From positions 1 to 61,133 of the forward strand of contig DATDED010000243.1 of the NCBI GenBank assembly GCA_036523455.1: a stretch of DNA of 61,133 nt. Reading direction: 5' to 3'. The DNA is from Gemmatimonadales bacterium. Lineage in GTDB: Bacteria > Gemmatimonadota > Gemmatimonadetes > Gemmatimonadales > GWC2-71-9. Positions within the stretch are counted from its first letter, which is position 1, and the number at the start of each line of letters is the position of its first letter. Of this stretch, positions 1-9,771 are shown one piece after another. The notes under the pieces were generated by a model. The model searched no databases. It was not told where the DNA came from and worked only from the letters and a program-made list of their open reading frames with translations. Both the position numbers and the translations under genes were made by a program.

Positions 1-1476
1 GCACTCGATAGCCTCCGCGCCTTCATCGGCGCGATCGACGCCGCGGGCGACCTGCGGCGCGTGGATCGGCCCGTGTCGGTCGCCCTGGAGATCACCGAGG
101 TCGCCGATCGGGTGATGAAATCGCCGGGCGGCGGCCCGGCCCTGCTGTTTGAGCGGCCCACGCTGACGCACGGCGGGGCGTCCGCGTATCCCGTCGCGGT
201 CAACCTGTTCGGGTCCGAGCGCCGCATGGCGCTCGCGCTGGGCGTGCAGCGGCTCGACGAGATCGGCGGGCGCATCGCGGAAATGCTGAACGTCAAGGTG
301 CCCGAAGGACTGCTCGCCAAGCTCGCCCTCCTGCCGCGCCTCGCCGAAATGGCGAAGTTCCCGCCCCGCGTGATCGGCGACCGTGCGCCGTGCCAGGAAG
401 TCGTGGTGCGCGGCGAGGAGGTGGACCTGGGGCGGTTCCCGGTGCCGGTGTGCTGGCCGCAGGACGGCGGTCCCTACATCACCCTGCCGGGCGTGATCAC
501 GCGCGACCCGGTGAGCGGGACGCGCAACGTCGGGATGTACCGCATCCAGGTCACCGGCGCGCGGACGGTGGCCATGCACTGGCAGCGGCACAAGGTGGGC
601 GCGGCGCACTGGCGCGCCATGGCCGACCGGGGGGAGACGATGCCGGTGGCGATCGCGCTGGGGGGGGATCCCGCCAGCATCTACGCCGCTTCGGCGCCGC
701 TGCCGCCGTCGATCGACGAGTACCTGTTCGCCGGCTTTCTGCGGCGGGCGCCCGTCCATCTGGTCAAAGCCGTGACGAGCGACCTCGAGGTTCCGGCGGA
801 AGCGGAGATCGTGCTCGAGGGATACGTGGACCCGCGCGAGTCGCTTGTGCTCGAAGGACCGTTCGGCGACCATACCGGGTTCTATTCGCTCGCCGACTAC
901 TATCCGCAGGTCCACATCACCGCGGTCACGATGCGCGCCAATCCCGTCTGGCCGCACACCATCGTGGGGCGGCCGCCCATGGAGGATTACTGGCTCGGCC
1001 ACGCCACGGAGCGAATCTTCCTCCCGCTGCTGAAGCTCACGCTTCCCGAGGTCGTGGACTACCACATGCCGGCCGAGGGCATCTTCCACAATCTCGTCTT
1101 CGTGAGCATCGACAAGCAGTATCCCGGCCAGGCCTACAAGGTGATGAACGGCCTGTGGGGGCAGGGCCTGATGTCCCTCGCCAAGCTGATCGTCGTGGTG
1201 GACCGGGACGTGAACGTGCGCGATCCTCAGGAAGCCTGGTGGGTGGCGCTCAACAACATCGACCCCGAGCGCGACGTGCGCTTCACCCTGGGGCCGATCG
1301 ACGTCCTCGATCACTCGAGTCGCGCGTTCACGTTCGGCTCCAAGATGGGGATCGACGCGACGCGCAAATGGAAGGAAGAGGGCTTCGACCGCCCCTGGCC
1401 CGACCGGATCGTGATGGACGACGCGACCCGGGCGAGGGTCGATGCCATGTGGCGCGATCTGGGAATCGGGCCATGA
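1..1476 (+). CDS. UbiD-family prenyl-FMN-dependent (de)carboxylase, 5'-truncated by window edge
   Basis: Frame 1 is open from base 1 (ALDSLRAFIGAIDAAGDLRRV then DRPVS...), so the GTG at 61 in the ORF track is internal. The product has UbiD-like segments (GGGPALLFERP, EGPFGDHTGFYS). The TGA at 1474-1476 overlaps the next start (ATGA). Confidence 0.85.
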   Translation, partial: ALDSLRAFIGAIDAAGDLRRVDRPVSVALEITEVADRVMKSPGGGPALLFERPTLTHGGASAYPVAVNLFGSERRMALALGVQRLDEIGGRIAEMLNVKVPEGLLAKLALLPRLAEMAKFPPRVIGDRAPCQEVVVRGEEVDLGRFPVPVCWPQDGGPYITLPGVITRDPVSGTRNVGMYRIQVTGARTVAMHWQRHKVGAAHWRAMADRGETMPVAIALGGDPASIYAASAPLPPSIDEYLFAGFLRRAPVHLVKAVTSDLEVPAEAEIVLEGYVDPRESLVLEGPFGDHTGFYSLADYYPQVHITAVTMRANPVWPHTIVGRPPMEDYWLGHATERIFLPLLKLTLPEVVDYHMPAEGIFHNLVFVSIDKQYPGQAYKVMNGLWGQGLMSLAKLIVVVDRDVNVRDPQEAWWVALNNIDPERDVRFTLGPIDVLDHSSRAFTFGSKMGIDATRKWKEEGFDRPWPDRIVMDDATRARVDAMWRDLGIGP

Positions 1477-2366
1477 CGGTTCGCGAAGGCCAGACCCTCG
1501 AAGGCCAGAGCCTGCTCGTCCGGTACGCGAATTTCGTCCGGCTGCCGCACACCGTGTTCGCCCTGCCGTTCGCGCTGCTGGGCGTAGTGGTCGCCTCGCG
1601 CGAGGCGCCGGTCACGTGGCGCACGATCGGACTCGTCGCGCTCGCGTTCACCGCGGCGCGCTTCGTCGCGATGGGGTTCAACCGGATCGCGGACCGCGAG
1701 CTCGACGCGCGCAACCCGCGCACGCGCGGGCGCGAGCTGCCCGCCGGGCGGCTCTCGCTCGGACAGGCGTGGAGCGCCGTGGTCGTCGCCGCGCTGTTGT
1801 TCGAATGGGCGGCGTGGGCCCTCAATCCGCTCTGCTTCGCGCTTTCCCCCGTCGCCCTGCTGGTGATCACGGCCTACAGCTACGCCAAGCGCTTCACCTG
1901 GTGGTCGCACCTCTGGCTCGGCCTGGGAGACGCGATCGCCGGTCCGGCCGGCTACCTGGCGGTGGCGGGCGCGTGGAGCCGGCCGGGCTGGCTGCTCTGG
2001 GCGTTGGCCGCGGCAGTGACGTTCTGGGTCGGCGGGTTCGACATCTTCTATGCCCTCCAGGACGAGCAATTCGACCGCGCCGAGGGACTCCATTCGGCGG
2101 TGGTCCGCTTCGGGCAGGAACACGGTATTCTGCTCGCCAAGATGCTCCACGCGCTCGCCCTCGTCGCGCTCGTGCTCTTCGGCGCCGGTGCGGGACTGGG
2201 CTGGGTCTATTACACCGGCGTGGCGATCGGCGCGGCGGTCATCGCCTACGAGCACCGGCTGGTCCGGCCGGGGGACCTCTCGCGTCTGAACGCCGCCTTT
2301 TTCACGATGAACGGGATCGTGAGTATCGTGGTGTTCCTGGGAGCGTTGGGGGATCGGCTGCTATGA
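1473..2366 (+). CDS. UbiA-family aromatic prenyltransferase (polytopic membrane protein)
   Basis: ATG 1473 is in frame with ORF 390..2366. The upstream ~360 codons of that ORF are Arg/Gly-rich and overlap the UbiD gene, so I rejected them. The product MTVREGQ... has the Asp-rich UbiA motif (GFNRIADRELDARNPRT) and many hydrophobic helices. Confidence 0.85.
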   Translation: MTVREGQTLEGQSLLVRYANFVRLPHTVFALPFALLGVVVASREAPVTWRTIGLVALAFTAARFVAMGFNRIADRELDARNPRTRGRELPAGRLSLGQAWSAVVVAALLFEWAAWALNPLCFALSPVALLVITAYSYAKRFTWWSHLWLGLGDAIAGPAGYLAVAGAWSRPGWLLWALAAAVTFWVGGFDIFYALQDEQFDRAEGLHSAVVRFGQEHGILLAKMLHALALVALVLFGAGAGLGWVYYTGVAIGAAVIAYEHRLVRPGDLSRLNAAFFTMNGIVSIVVFLGALGDRLL

Positions 2367-2369
2367 ACA

Positions 2370-2454
2370 GGGGGAAGAGGGAAGAGGGAAGAGGGAAGGG
2401 TAAACCACACGGGTCGAAGAAAGTCCCCTTTCCCCTTCCCTCTTCCCCCTTCCC
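2370..2454. repeat. Inverted pair of G-tract (GGGAAGR)n modules (hairpin / G-quadruplex-capable intergenic element)
   Basis: The left arm (2370-2404) is gggggaagagggaagagggaagagggaagggtaaa. The right arm (2425-2454) is cccctttccccttccctcttcccccttccc, whose reverse complement is gggaagggggaagagggaaggggaaagggg. The spacer is 20 nt. The element lies in the 142-nt gap between the ubiA-like gene and ubiX. Confidence 0.9.
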
Positions 2455-2508
2455 GCCGAGACCGCCAGCCCACCCGCGCAAGACCGTCACCCCCAACCGG
2501 CGGGGGAG

Positions 2509-3114
2509 ATGACCCGCCTCCCCGTCGTTCTCGCGATCACGGGCGCTTCGGGTGCCCCCTATGGCCTCCGGCTGCTGGAGGTGCTGGCGACGCACCACGT
2601 GCCGACGTGGCTGCTCGTCTCGGCCCATGGGTGGCGCCTCCTCGAGGAGGAGTGCGGCATCGAGGGTGAGCCCGCACTGCGCCACGCGACGGGCGGAGAC
2701 TGGCAGAGCGTGACGGTGTTCGACGACAAGGACCGCGGCGCCCGGCCGGCGTCGGGCTCGGCGCGCGCCGCCGGGATGGTGGTCTGTCCCTGCTCGATGG
2801 GGACGGTTTCGGCGATCGCCCATGGCACGAGCCGCAGTCTCATCGAGCGGGCGGCGGACGTGACGCTGAAGGAGCGCCGCCCCCTGATCCTCGTGCCGCG
2901 CGAGACGCCCCTTTCGCTCGTCCACCTGCGCAATCTCACCCTGGCGACGGAAGCGGGCGCCATCGTGCTGCCGGCGGCGCCGGGGTTCTATCATCGCCCC
3001 ACGAAGGTCGCCGAGCTGGTGGATTTCGTGGTGCAGCGCGTGCTCGACCACCTCGACGTCGACATCGCCCTGGTGCGACGGTGGGGTGGGGCATCCGAGG
3101 AGCGGCCGCGGTAG
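2509..3114 (+). CDS. ubiX: Flavin prenyltransferase UbiX
   Basis: The 201-aa ORF has ITGASGAPYGLRLLEVL, CPCSMGTVSAIAHG and LVPRETPLS, which are typical UbiX/Pad1 flavoprotein segments. It sits next to UbiD-like and UbiA-like genes. Confidence 0.9.
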   Translation: MTRLPVVLAITGASGAPYGLRLLEVLATHHVPTWLLVSAHGWRLLEEECGIEGEPALRHATGGDWQSVTVFDDKDRGARPASGSARAAGMVVCPCSMGTVSAIAHGTSRSLIERAADVTLKERRPLILVPRETPLSLVHLRNLTLATEAGAIVLPAAPGFYHRPTKVAELVDFVVQRVLDHLDVDIALVRRWGGASEERPR

Positions 3115-3120
3115 CCGACC

Positions 3121-3624
3121 ATGCGGCTCGGCGTCATCTCCGACACCCACGGGTTGCTGCGCCCCGAGGTCTTCGAAGTGTTCCGCGAAGTCGACCACAT
3201 CCTGCACGCCGGCGATGTGGGCGGCTGGGACTTGATCGAGGAATTGCAGGCGGTGGCGCCTGTGACCGCCGTCTACGGCAACACGGACGGATCAGAGCTC
3301 CGCGCACGGTTGCCGCAGGTCGCCTCGCTCCAGCTCGACGGATTCGACATAGTCGTGAGCCACGGCGATCAGCTCGGCAGCCCGACGCCGGCTCGCCTGC
3401 ACGACGCCTTCCCGGATGCCGAGATCATCTTGTTCGGCCATACGCACACGCCGCTGCTGGAGCTCGTGGACCGGACTGTAACGGTCATGAATCCGGGGAG
3501 CGCGGGGCCCCGGCGGTTCGAGCTCCCCGTGACGGTCGGAATCCTGGAGCTCGAGCCGGGGATCCCGCCGCGAGGCAGGATCGTGGCGCTCAGCGGTGGA
3601 TCGAATCCACGGGCATCATCGTGA
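3121..3624 (+). CDS. YfcE/MJ0936-type metallophosphoesterase
   Basis: The 167-aa ORF has the ordered phosphoesterase motifs ISDTHG, HAGDVGG, YGNTDG, VSHGD and FGHTH. Confidence 0.8.
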   Translation: MRLGVISDTHGLLRPEVFEVFREVDHILHAGDVGGWDLIEELQAVAPVTAVYGNTDGSELRARLPQVASLQLDGFDIVVSHGDQLGSPTPARLHDAFPDAEIILFGHTHTPLLELVDRTVTVMNPGSAGPRRFELPVTVGILELEPGIPPRGRIVALSGGSNPRASS

Positions 3625-5032
3625 CCGGGCCGAGCGTCGTGAGCGGCTTGTCGAACGCGCTGGACTTGCCGACGACGACCATCACCAGGCGGTCGGGGTG
3701 CAGGAGCCGACGCGACACGTCCGCCACCTGCCCCGGGGTCACGGCCTGGATGCCCTTCAGATAGAGATCGAACCAGTTGCCGGGCAGTCCATCCACCGCA
3801 TAGCCGAGCTGCTGCGCCACGATCTGTCCCGCGTTCTGGAAGCGGAACACGAAGCTGTTGACCTCGTTGTCCTTGGCGAGCTGGACGTCGCGGGCGGTGA
3901 CCGGGTCGGTGGCCATGGAGCCGATGATCTGCCGCATCAGTGACAGTCCCGCCACGGTTTTTTCCGCCCGGATCTGGGCGCCGGCGAAGAAGATGCCTTC
4001 GCGCCTGGTATCCGCGTCCCAGTTCGAGAACGTGCTGTAGGCGAATCCGGAGTCGCTCCGCAGGCGCTGCAGCAGCCGAGAGTTGAACCCGCCGCCTCCG
4101 CCCAGCAGGAAATCGGCGACTTGCGCCGCGTAGTAGTCCGGCGTGTCGGCCACGCGGATGCTCCCTGCGTGTCCCATCCAGATGTTGGTCTGGTTCACGT
4201 CCTTCTCGACGAGCACGATCTTCGGGCCGGTCGCGAACTGGAGCGGGGGAATGTCGCGCAACCCCGGCGCGCACCGCGGCCAGCCACGGAACAGGCTCTC
4301 GAGCTTGGCCAGGAGGGTCTTCTCGTCGAAGTCCCCTGATACGCCGATCAGCAGGTTCTGCGGGCAAAAGATGCGCTCCTGGGTCCAGCGGAACCGGGGC
4401 GGAGTGAACCCCGCGACTTCGCCGGGCGTCACCTGGGTCCGGCCCAGCGGGTGATCGCCGAGCAGCACCTGCGGCCAGGCGCGGTTCAACACCGATCCCG
4501 GTTGGTCGTTGCGGCGGCGCCAAGCCTCGAGCTGCTGGCCGGCGGTGATCCGTACACGCGACGTGTCGTTGCGCGGGTTGCGCAGCAGGTCGAAGCCGAG
4601 GTCGAGCATCTGGTCCCGGTAGCGGGACAGGCCGCTGAACGAGGCAGTGCTCTGCTCGTTGCCGGTGGAGATGAAGACATTCAGGGCGTAGAACTCGGCC
4701 AGCTGGTCGACGGAGTCGGGACTCAGGCGGGTGGTCCCGCCGGTGCGCATCATGACGTCGGCCTGCCAGCCGACGCCCCACAACGAGTCGGGCAGGTTCG
4801 CGACTCCCACCTTGGACACCACCTCGACGTCGAGCAGCGGCAGGCTGTGGTCTTCGAGCAGGTAGACCGGCACCCCGTTCGACAACGCGACTCGTTTGGG
4901 AACGGGTGGGGTGAACCGCAGCGGCGGATAGTGGAGGCCCTGGATCTGGGCCCGGGTGTCGCGGGCGGGGCGCTGCGCGGCGGCGGGGAGCGCGGCGCAA
5001 ACCAGGAAGCCGGCGAGGGTGAGGGTGCGCAT
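3590..5032 (-). CDS. M16-family (pitrilysin-like) peptidase subunit, probably non-catalytic
   Basis: The 480-aa ORF has a signal peptide (MRTLTLAGFLVCAALPAAAQ). Its overall layout resembles the adjacent M16 protein, but I saw no HxxEH motif. Its start overlaps the upstream gene's stop by 1 nt. Confidence 0.7.
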   Translation of the reverse strand: MRTLTLAGFLVCAALPAAAQRPARDTRAQIQGLHYPPLRFTPPVPKRVALSNGVPVYLLEDHSLPLLDVEVVSKVGVANLPDSLWGVGWQADVMMRTGGTTRLSPDSVDQLAEFYALNVFISTGNEQSTASFSGLSRYRDQMLDLGFDLLRNPRNDTSRVRITAGQQLEAWRRRNDQPGSVLNRAWPQVLLGDHPLGRTQVTPGEVAGFTPPRFRWTQERIFCPQNLLIGVSGDFDEKTLLAKLESLFRGWPRCAPGLRDIPPLQFATGPKIVLVEKDVNQTNIWMGHAGSIRVADTPDYYAAQVADFLLGGGGGFNSRLLQRLRSDSGFAYSTFSNWDADTRREGIFFAGAQIRAEKTVAGLSLMRQIIGSMATDPVTARDVQLAKDNEVNSFVFRFQNAGQIVAQQLGYAVDGLPGNWFDLYLKGIQAVTPGQVADVSRRLLHPDRLVMVVVGKSSAFDKPLTTLGPVTMMPVDSIHR

Positions 5033-6558
5033 CAGCGGGTCCCTCCGGTCGAATCAGCCGCTGCCGGACGCACCAGGGTCGCGACGGTGCGGTTGGATTT
5101 CGCGAAATAGGTCCGGGCCACGCGCTGCACGTCGGCCGCGGTCACGCGGGCGACGGCGGCACCGTCCCGGAAGGTCTGCCGCCAGTCGTACCACAGGGCT
5201 TCGCTCTGGGACAGCTGAAACGCGAGCCCGAAGTTGTCCTGCAGGCGCTGGATGGCGCCCGCCTGTACCTGGTTGCGTACGCGCTCCAGCTCCGCCGCGC
5301 TGGGCGGCTCGCGCTCGAGGCGGCCCAGCTCTTCGTACACGGCGGTTTCGATCTCCTGCGTCGTGTGCGGGGCGATCGGCACTCCGGAAAACGTGAAGAG
5401 CCTGGGATAGAGCTGTCCCGGCGACTGACCGGAAGAGACCGACGTGGCGACCCGGTCGCGGATGACGAGGCGCTGGTAGAGCCGGGAGGTCCGCCCGCTG
5501 GTCAGCACGGCCGATAGGACCTGCAGCGCCGGCGCGTCGGCGTGCCGGGCGCTCGGTACGTGGTAGCCGATCAGGACCTGCGGGTTGGCGTCGAACTCGA
5601 CGTCGATGCGGCGCTCGCCGTGCTGCGCCGGCTCCTGGGTCACGACCGGCCGGTGCGGCTCGCCCGGCGGCACGTCGGCGAAGTAGGCGTCCGCCCACGC
5701 GGTCATCGAGTCCACGTCGATGTCGCCCACGATCGCGACGACGGCGTTGTTCGGTCCGTAGAACCGCCTGAAGTACTCCTGGGCGGCCTGGCGCGTGACC
5801 GCCTGGATCTCGCTCGCGACGCCAACCACGGGCCGTCCGTAGGGGTGGGCGCGGAACGCCGCCTGGAGGAACTCCTCCCGCAGCAGGCCGGCCGGCTGCG
5901 TCTCCACGCGCAACCGGCGCTCTTCCATCACGACCTCGCGCTCCGAGTAGAACTCGCGCAGCACGGGGTTCCTGATGCGGTCGCTTTCCAGCACGAACCA
6001 GAGTTTGGCGCGGTTGGCCGGGAGCTGGAAGAAGTAGTTGGTCAGGTCGTTCCCGGTGGAGGCGTTGAGAAACTGCGCGCCGTTCTCGGTGAGGATGCGA
6101 TCCAGCTCGTTGGAGACCACGAAATGACGCGCCGAATCCTCGAGCTGCTTGAGACGGCCGCGCAGGGCTTCCTGGCGGGCGCTGTCCACGCCGGCGCCCT
6201 TGCGGAACTCGGCGGTGAACGAGTCGGCCACCGCGTCGATCGCGGGGAACAGCGCCTGCTCGGCCGCGTCGTCGGTCGTGCCGATCGAATGGGTCCCCTT
6301 GAACAGCATGTGCTCGAACAGGTGGGCGGTACCCGAAATCCCGGTCCACTCGTCCACGCCGCCGGCGCGGAAGTGCGTGACGAAGGAGACGGTCGGCGCG
6401 CCGCTGCGACGCAGGAACAGGAATGTCATCCCGTTGGGCAGGACGTGCTTGACCACCGGCAGCCGCTCGCCCGGGGAAGACTCCTGCGCGGGAACGCGCA
6501 CCGGAGCCGCGAGTGTCAGGGCGATGGCGCAGACCAGGAACCGCATCGGAAACCTCAC
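5032..6558 (-). CDS. M16-family zinc peptidase (catalytic subunit)
   Basis: The 508-aa ORF has a signal peptide and the inverted zinc motif HxxEH (GTAHLFEHMLFKGT). Confidence 0.85.
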   Translation of the reverse strand: MRFPMRFLVCAIALTLAAPVRVPAQESSPGERLPVVKHVLPNGMTFLFLRRSGAPTVSFVTHFRAGGVDEWTGISGTAHLFEHMLFKGTHSIGTTDDAAEQALFPAIDAVADSFTAEFRKGAGVDSARQEALRGRLKQLEDSARHFVVSNELDRILTENGAQFLNASTGNDLTNYFFQLPANRAKLWFVLESDRIRNPVLREFYSEREVVMEERRLRVETQPAGLLREEFLQAAFRAHPYGRPVVGVASEIQAVTRQAAQEYFRRFYGPNNAVVAIVGDIDVDSMTAWADAYFADVPPGEPHRPVVTQEPAQHGERRIDVEFDANPQVLIGYHVPSARHADAPALQVLSAVLTSGRTSRLYQRLVIRDRVATSVSSGQSPGQLYPRLFTFSGVPIAPHTTQEIETAVYEELGRLEREPPSAAELERVRNQVQAGAIQRLQDNFGLAFQLSQSEALWYDWRQTFRDGAAVARVTAADVQRVARTYFAKSNRTVATLVRPAAADSTGGTR

Positions 6559-6608
6559 GGGGGAACTCGCGGAGAAGGTAGCGGGGCGCTGATGCGACGC
6601 CAGTCAGA

Positions 6609-7436
6609 CTACCGCTGACAGAAGGCGCAGAGGGTGGTCTGGCGCAGGTCGATGGCGTGGGTAGTCACGAGCCGCCGGCCGCAGCGAACGCACGGCTCGC
6701 CCCCGCGGTCGTAGACCTTGAGCTCCAGCTGGAAGTTGCCCGATGCTCCGGTACCGGTGCGATAGTCCCGCACGGTGGTCCCCGACGCCCGCAGGGCGCG
6801 TTGCAGGATCTCGACGATGGCGCCGTGCAGTGTCTCGACCTCCGCGGTGGTGAGGCGGTTGGCCGGGCGGGAGGGATCGATGCGCGCGTCGAACAGCGCC
6901 TCGTTGGCGTAGATGTTGCCGACGCCGGCGAGGCGCCGCTGATCCATGATGGCCTTCTTCACCGCGGCGCGCGTGCCGGCGAATGCCCTGGCCAGCACGC
7001 CAGGCGTGAATCCGGGCTCGAGCGGCTCGGGTCCGAGCCGGGCGGTGTAGGCGTTCCAGCCGCGCTCGTCGAGCAGCCACACGGTGCCGAGGCGGCGCAC
7101 GTCGCGGTACACGAACAGGCCGCCGCCGGCCAGGGAGCAGGTCAGCACCGCATAGCGGGCTTCATCGGGGGTGAGCGGCCGGTCGTAGACGATCAGGGAC
7201 CCCGTCATCCGGGGCTGGACGATCATGCGGTGGCCGCTCTGCAGCAGGAAGACGGCGTGTTTCGCCCGGCGCGAGGCCGACCGCACGGTGTTGCCGGTGA
7301 GGGTGCGCACCAGTCGCGGGCGGGACACCCCGCGCAACACGTCGGTCTTGGTCAGCCGGGCAGAACGGATGCGACGCCCCACGAGCCGCGGCGCCACGTC
7401 GCGGACGATCGTCTCGACTTCAGGCAGCTCCGGCAC
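6609..7436 (-). CDS. mutM: Formamidopyrimidine-DNA glycosylase
   Basis: Fpg needs an N-terminal Pro after Met removal. The GTG at 7436 gives [13 protein letters not shown]..., and the C-terminal zinc finger CVRCGRRLVTTHAIDLRQTTLCAFCQR is present. The longer ORF-track start at 7613 adds an Arg-rich extension overlapping purD and was rejected. Confidence 0.9.
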   Translation of the reverse strand: MPELPEVETIVRDVAPRLVGRRIRSARLTKTDVLRGVSRPRLVRTLTGNTVRSASRRAKHAVFLLQSGHRMIVQPRMTGSLIVYDRPLTPDEARYAVLTCSLAGGGLFVYRDVRRLGTVWLLDERGWNAYTARLGPEPLEPGFTPGVLARAFAGTRAAVKKAIMDQRRLAGVGNIYANEALFDARIDPSRPANRLTTAEVETLHGAIVEILQRALRASGTTVRDYRTGTGASGNFQLELKVYDRGGEPCVRCGRRLVTTHAIDLRQTTLCAFCQR

Positions 7437-8715
7437 GATCCCGGCTCCGATCGATCTCCCGCCGCGCGATGTCGCCGCGCCACGTCTTGCCGTCGAACGT
7501 GATCCGCTCGCACGCCGCCCGGCTGGCCGCCGCGGCCGCGGCGACGGTCGGCGCCAGGGCGGTGACGTTGAGCACCCGGCCCCCCGCGACGCGCAGCGCT
7601 CCGCCCGCATCACGGGTGGTTCCCGCGTGGAACAGCAGCACGTCGGGCGGGAGGGCGGGTATGTCGATGACGGCGCCCTTCTCCGGACGGTCGGGATAGC
7701 CGCGCGCGGCGAGCACCGTCGTCACCGCCGCGCGGTTCGCCGTGAGCACGGTGGATTCGGGTCGCCAGGTGCCGGCGGCGATGGCGGCGAGGTGCGCGGT
7801 GGAGCCGCGCGGCAGGACCGGAAGCAGGACCTGCGTCTCCGGATCGCCGAAGCGGCAGTTGAACTCGAGCACCCACGGCGTGCCGTCGGCGCCGATCATC
7901 AGTCCCGCATACAGCACGCCGCTGTAGCGGCAGCCGCGCCGCGCCAGCTCCGCCAGGGTCGGTACCAGCACCTCACGCCGCACCCGCTCCAGCAAGGCGG
8001 GGGTGGCGAGGCTCACCGGGCAGTAGGCGCCCATACCCCCAGTGTTGGGACCCGTGTCGCCCTCTCCCAATCGTTTGTGGTCCTGCGCACCCGGCAGGAT
8101 CAGGAGCCGCTCGCCGTCGGTGAGGGCCAGGACCGAAAGCTCCTCACCCTCGAGGAACGTCTCGACGACGATTTCTCGGCCCGCCTCCCCGAGGATGCCG
8201 GACTCGAGCAGGTCGCGGGCGACGACAGCGGCTTCGCTCCGCGTCGCGCACACCACCGCGCCCTTGCCGGCCGCGAGCCCGGAGGCTTTGACGACCAGAG
8301 GCTCGGCGTGGCGCTCGATGTGCGCCAGGGCGGGACCGACCTCGGTGAACGCGCGACTCGCGGCGGTCGTCACGCCGGCGCTGGCCATCACGTCTTTCGC
8401 AAAGGACTTGGAGGACTCGATCCGGGCGGCCGCCGCGGTGGGGCCGAAGGCGGAATGTCCCGCTGTCCGCAGGCGGTCGACCAGGCCCGCGGCGAGCGGC
8501 GCCTCGGGACCGACCACGACGAGGTCGATGCGGTGATCGCGAGCGGCCGCGACGAGGCCGTCCAGGTCGGTGGCGGCGACGGCGAGATTGGTGGCGAGTC
8601 CGGCGGTGCCGGGGTTGCCGGGAGCGGCAAACAGGGTCGTCGAGGGGTCGTCCGCGTTCAGCGCCCAGCAGAGGGCGTGCTCGCGGCCGCCCCCTCCGAC
8701 GACCAGTACCCTCAC
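7420..8715 (-). CDS. purD: Phosphoribosylamine--glycine ligase
   Basis: The GTG at 8715 gives [19 protein letters not shown]..., the canonical PurD N-terminus, and forms a GTGA overlap with the upstream stop (8712-8714). The 151-aa upstream extension in the ORF track is Arg/Gly junk. Confidence 0.9.
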   Translation of the reverse strand: MRVLVVGGGGREHALCWALNADDPSTTLFAAPGNPGTAGLATNLAVAATDLDGLVAAARDHRIDLVVVGPEAPLAAGLVDRLRTAGHSAFGPTAAAARIESSKSFAKDVMASAGVTTAASRAFTEVGPALAHIERHAEPLVVKASGLAAGKGAVVCATRSEAAVVARDLLESGILGEAGREIVVETFLEGEELSVLALTDGERLLILPGAQDHKRLGEGDTGPNTGGMGAYCPVSLATPALLERVRREVLVPTLAELARRGCRYSGVLYAGLMIGADGTPWVLEFNCRFGDPETQVLLPVLPRGSTAHLAAIAAGTWRPESTVLTANRAAVTTVLAARGYPDRPEKGAVIDIPALPPDVLLFHAGTTRDAGGALRVAGGRVLNVTALAPTVAAAAAASRAACERITFDGKTWRGDIARREIDRSRDRAGAA

Positions 8716-9716
8716 TTCTTCTTCATGGCGTCCGAAAACGCCTGCGCGGCGCGCTTGGCGGAGTCGACGACCTCGTTCACGACCGCCTTGGCTTCCTTCA
8801 TGTAGTGTTCGCGCGCGTCGTCCAAGTCCTTCTCCAGCGGGCGCTGCTCGGCGTCCGGCCCGCGCCGCGGGTATTCGCCGCGCAGGATGCGGTCGTACTC
8901 GCCCGCTTCCACCCAGCGCTGTAGCTCCGCCGCCCGGACCGTGTTGAACGGGTGGGTGCGCAGCAGCACGCCGAGGATCTTGAAGACGCGATCCAGCGCG
9001 CCCCCGGTCTCCTCGTACTCCTTCGCCTGGACGAGGAAGGCGTTCAGGTCCATCTGCTTCATGTCGCCGCCGCCGGCGAACTTGAGGTTCATCCGCAGCG
9101 AGGCGACCGGGTCCTGCGTGGCGAGCAGACCGGCGCGGTCGGACGACAGCTCGCTCTTGCGGAACCACTCGAGCAGGGCGAGCTGGATCGGGAGAATGGC
9201 GATCCCGGCGAGGAAGGGGAGCGCCGAGAAGCTGACGTTCAGCAACAGCACGAGCAGCGTGTGGTACAGCGCGTGCCCGCTCATGACGTGTCCCAGCTCG
9301 TGGCCGAGCAGTGAGCGCATCTCGTCGTCGTCCAGCAGGGTCAGCGCGCCGGAGTTGATCACGATGAACGGCTTGTCCATGCCGAAGGCGCCGGCGTTCG
9401 CGAACGGCGTCTGGGCAACGAAGAGCTCGGGGCGCACCGACCAGTCCAGGGTGGTCAGGACGTCGGTATAGAGCTGGTTGAGTCTCGGGAACTGCGTGGG
9501 TCCCACGCGAACGGCATCGGCCTGGAACAGGAGGCGGACGCCGCGCTCGCCCAGGAAGCCGTAGATCTTCTTCAGGACTTCGTCGAAGCCCGGCACGGAG
9601 CGGAGCGATTGGAGCGCGGCCCGGTCGGCCGGATGCTCCCAGGCGACGGGGGCGATCTGGGTGAGGATCTTGCGGGGCCGCGCTGCCGGCAGGCCGCCGC
9701 TGGTGGCATCGGTCAT
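8712..9716 (-). CDS. M48-family zinc metallopeptidase
   Basis: The 334-aa ORF has the HExxH motif in LLGHELGHVMSGH, followed by hydrophobic helices and a downstream SELSSDRAG segment typical of M48/HtpX-like enzymes. Confidence 0.8.
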   Translation of the reverse strand: MTDATSGGLPAARPRKILTQIAPVAWEHPADRAALQSLRSVPGFDEVLKKIYGFLGERGVRLLFQADAVRVGPTQFPRLNQLYTDVLTTLDWSVRPELFVAQTPFANAGAFGMDKPFIVINSGALTLLDDDEMRSLLGHELGHVMSGHALYHTLLVLLLNVSFSALPFLAGIAILPIQLALLEWFRKSELSSDRAGLLATQDPVASLRMNLKFAGGGDMKQMDLNAFLVQAKEYEETGGALDRVFKILGVLLRTHPFNTVRAAELQRWVEAGEYDRILRGEYPRRGPDAEQRPLEKDLDDAREHYMKEAKAVVNEVVDSAKRAAQAFSDAMKKK

Positions 9717-9771
9717 GGAAGACTCCGCAGAGTTGAACGTCTCACTACGAACCGGTCCCGCGCGTGTTTCG

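Noticed and set aside
2370-2454. Possible CRISPR array or tandem-repeat VNTR
   Set aside because: The 7-nt GGGAAGA units are contiguous, with no spacers, and the second block is the inverted complement. There are no cas genes. It is better described as a hairpin/G-tract repeat element.
7437-7613. Longer mutM start, and the analogous extensions of purD (8716-9168), trpE (20516-20632), tig (36270-36365), the M28 peptidase (42787-42846) and the lipoprotein at 47871-48179
   Set aside because: The extensions are low-complexity and overlap upstream genes. The internal starts reproduce canonical family N-termini (the obligatory N-terminal Pro of Fpg, [14 protein letters not shown] of PurD) or proper signal peptides, often at NTGA junctions.
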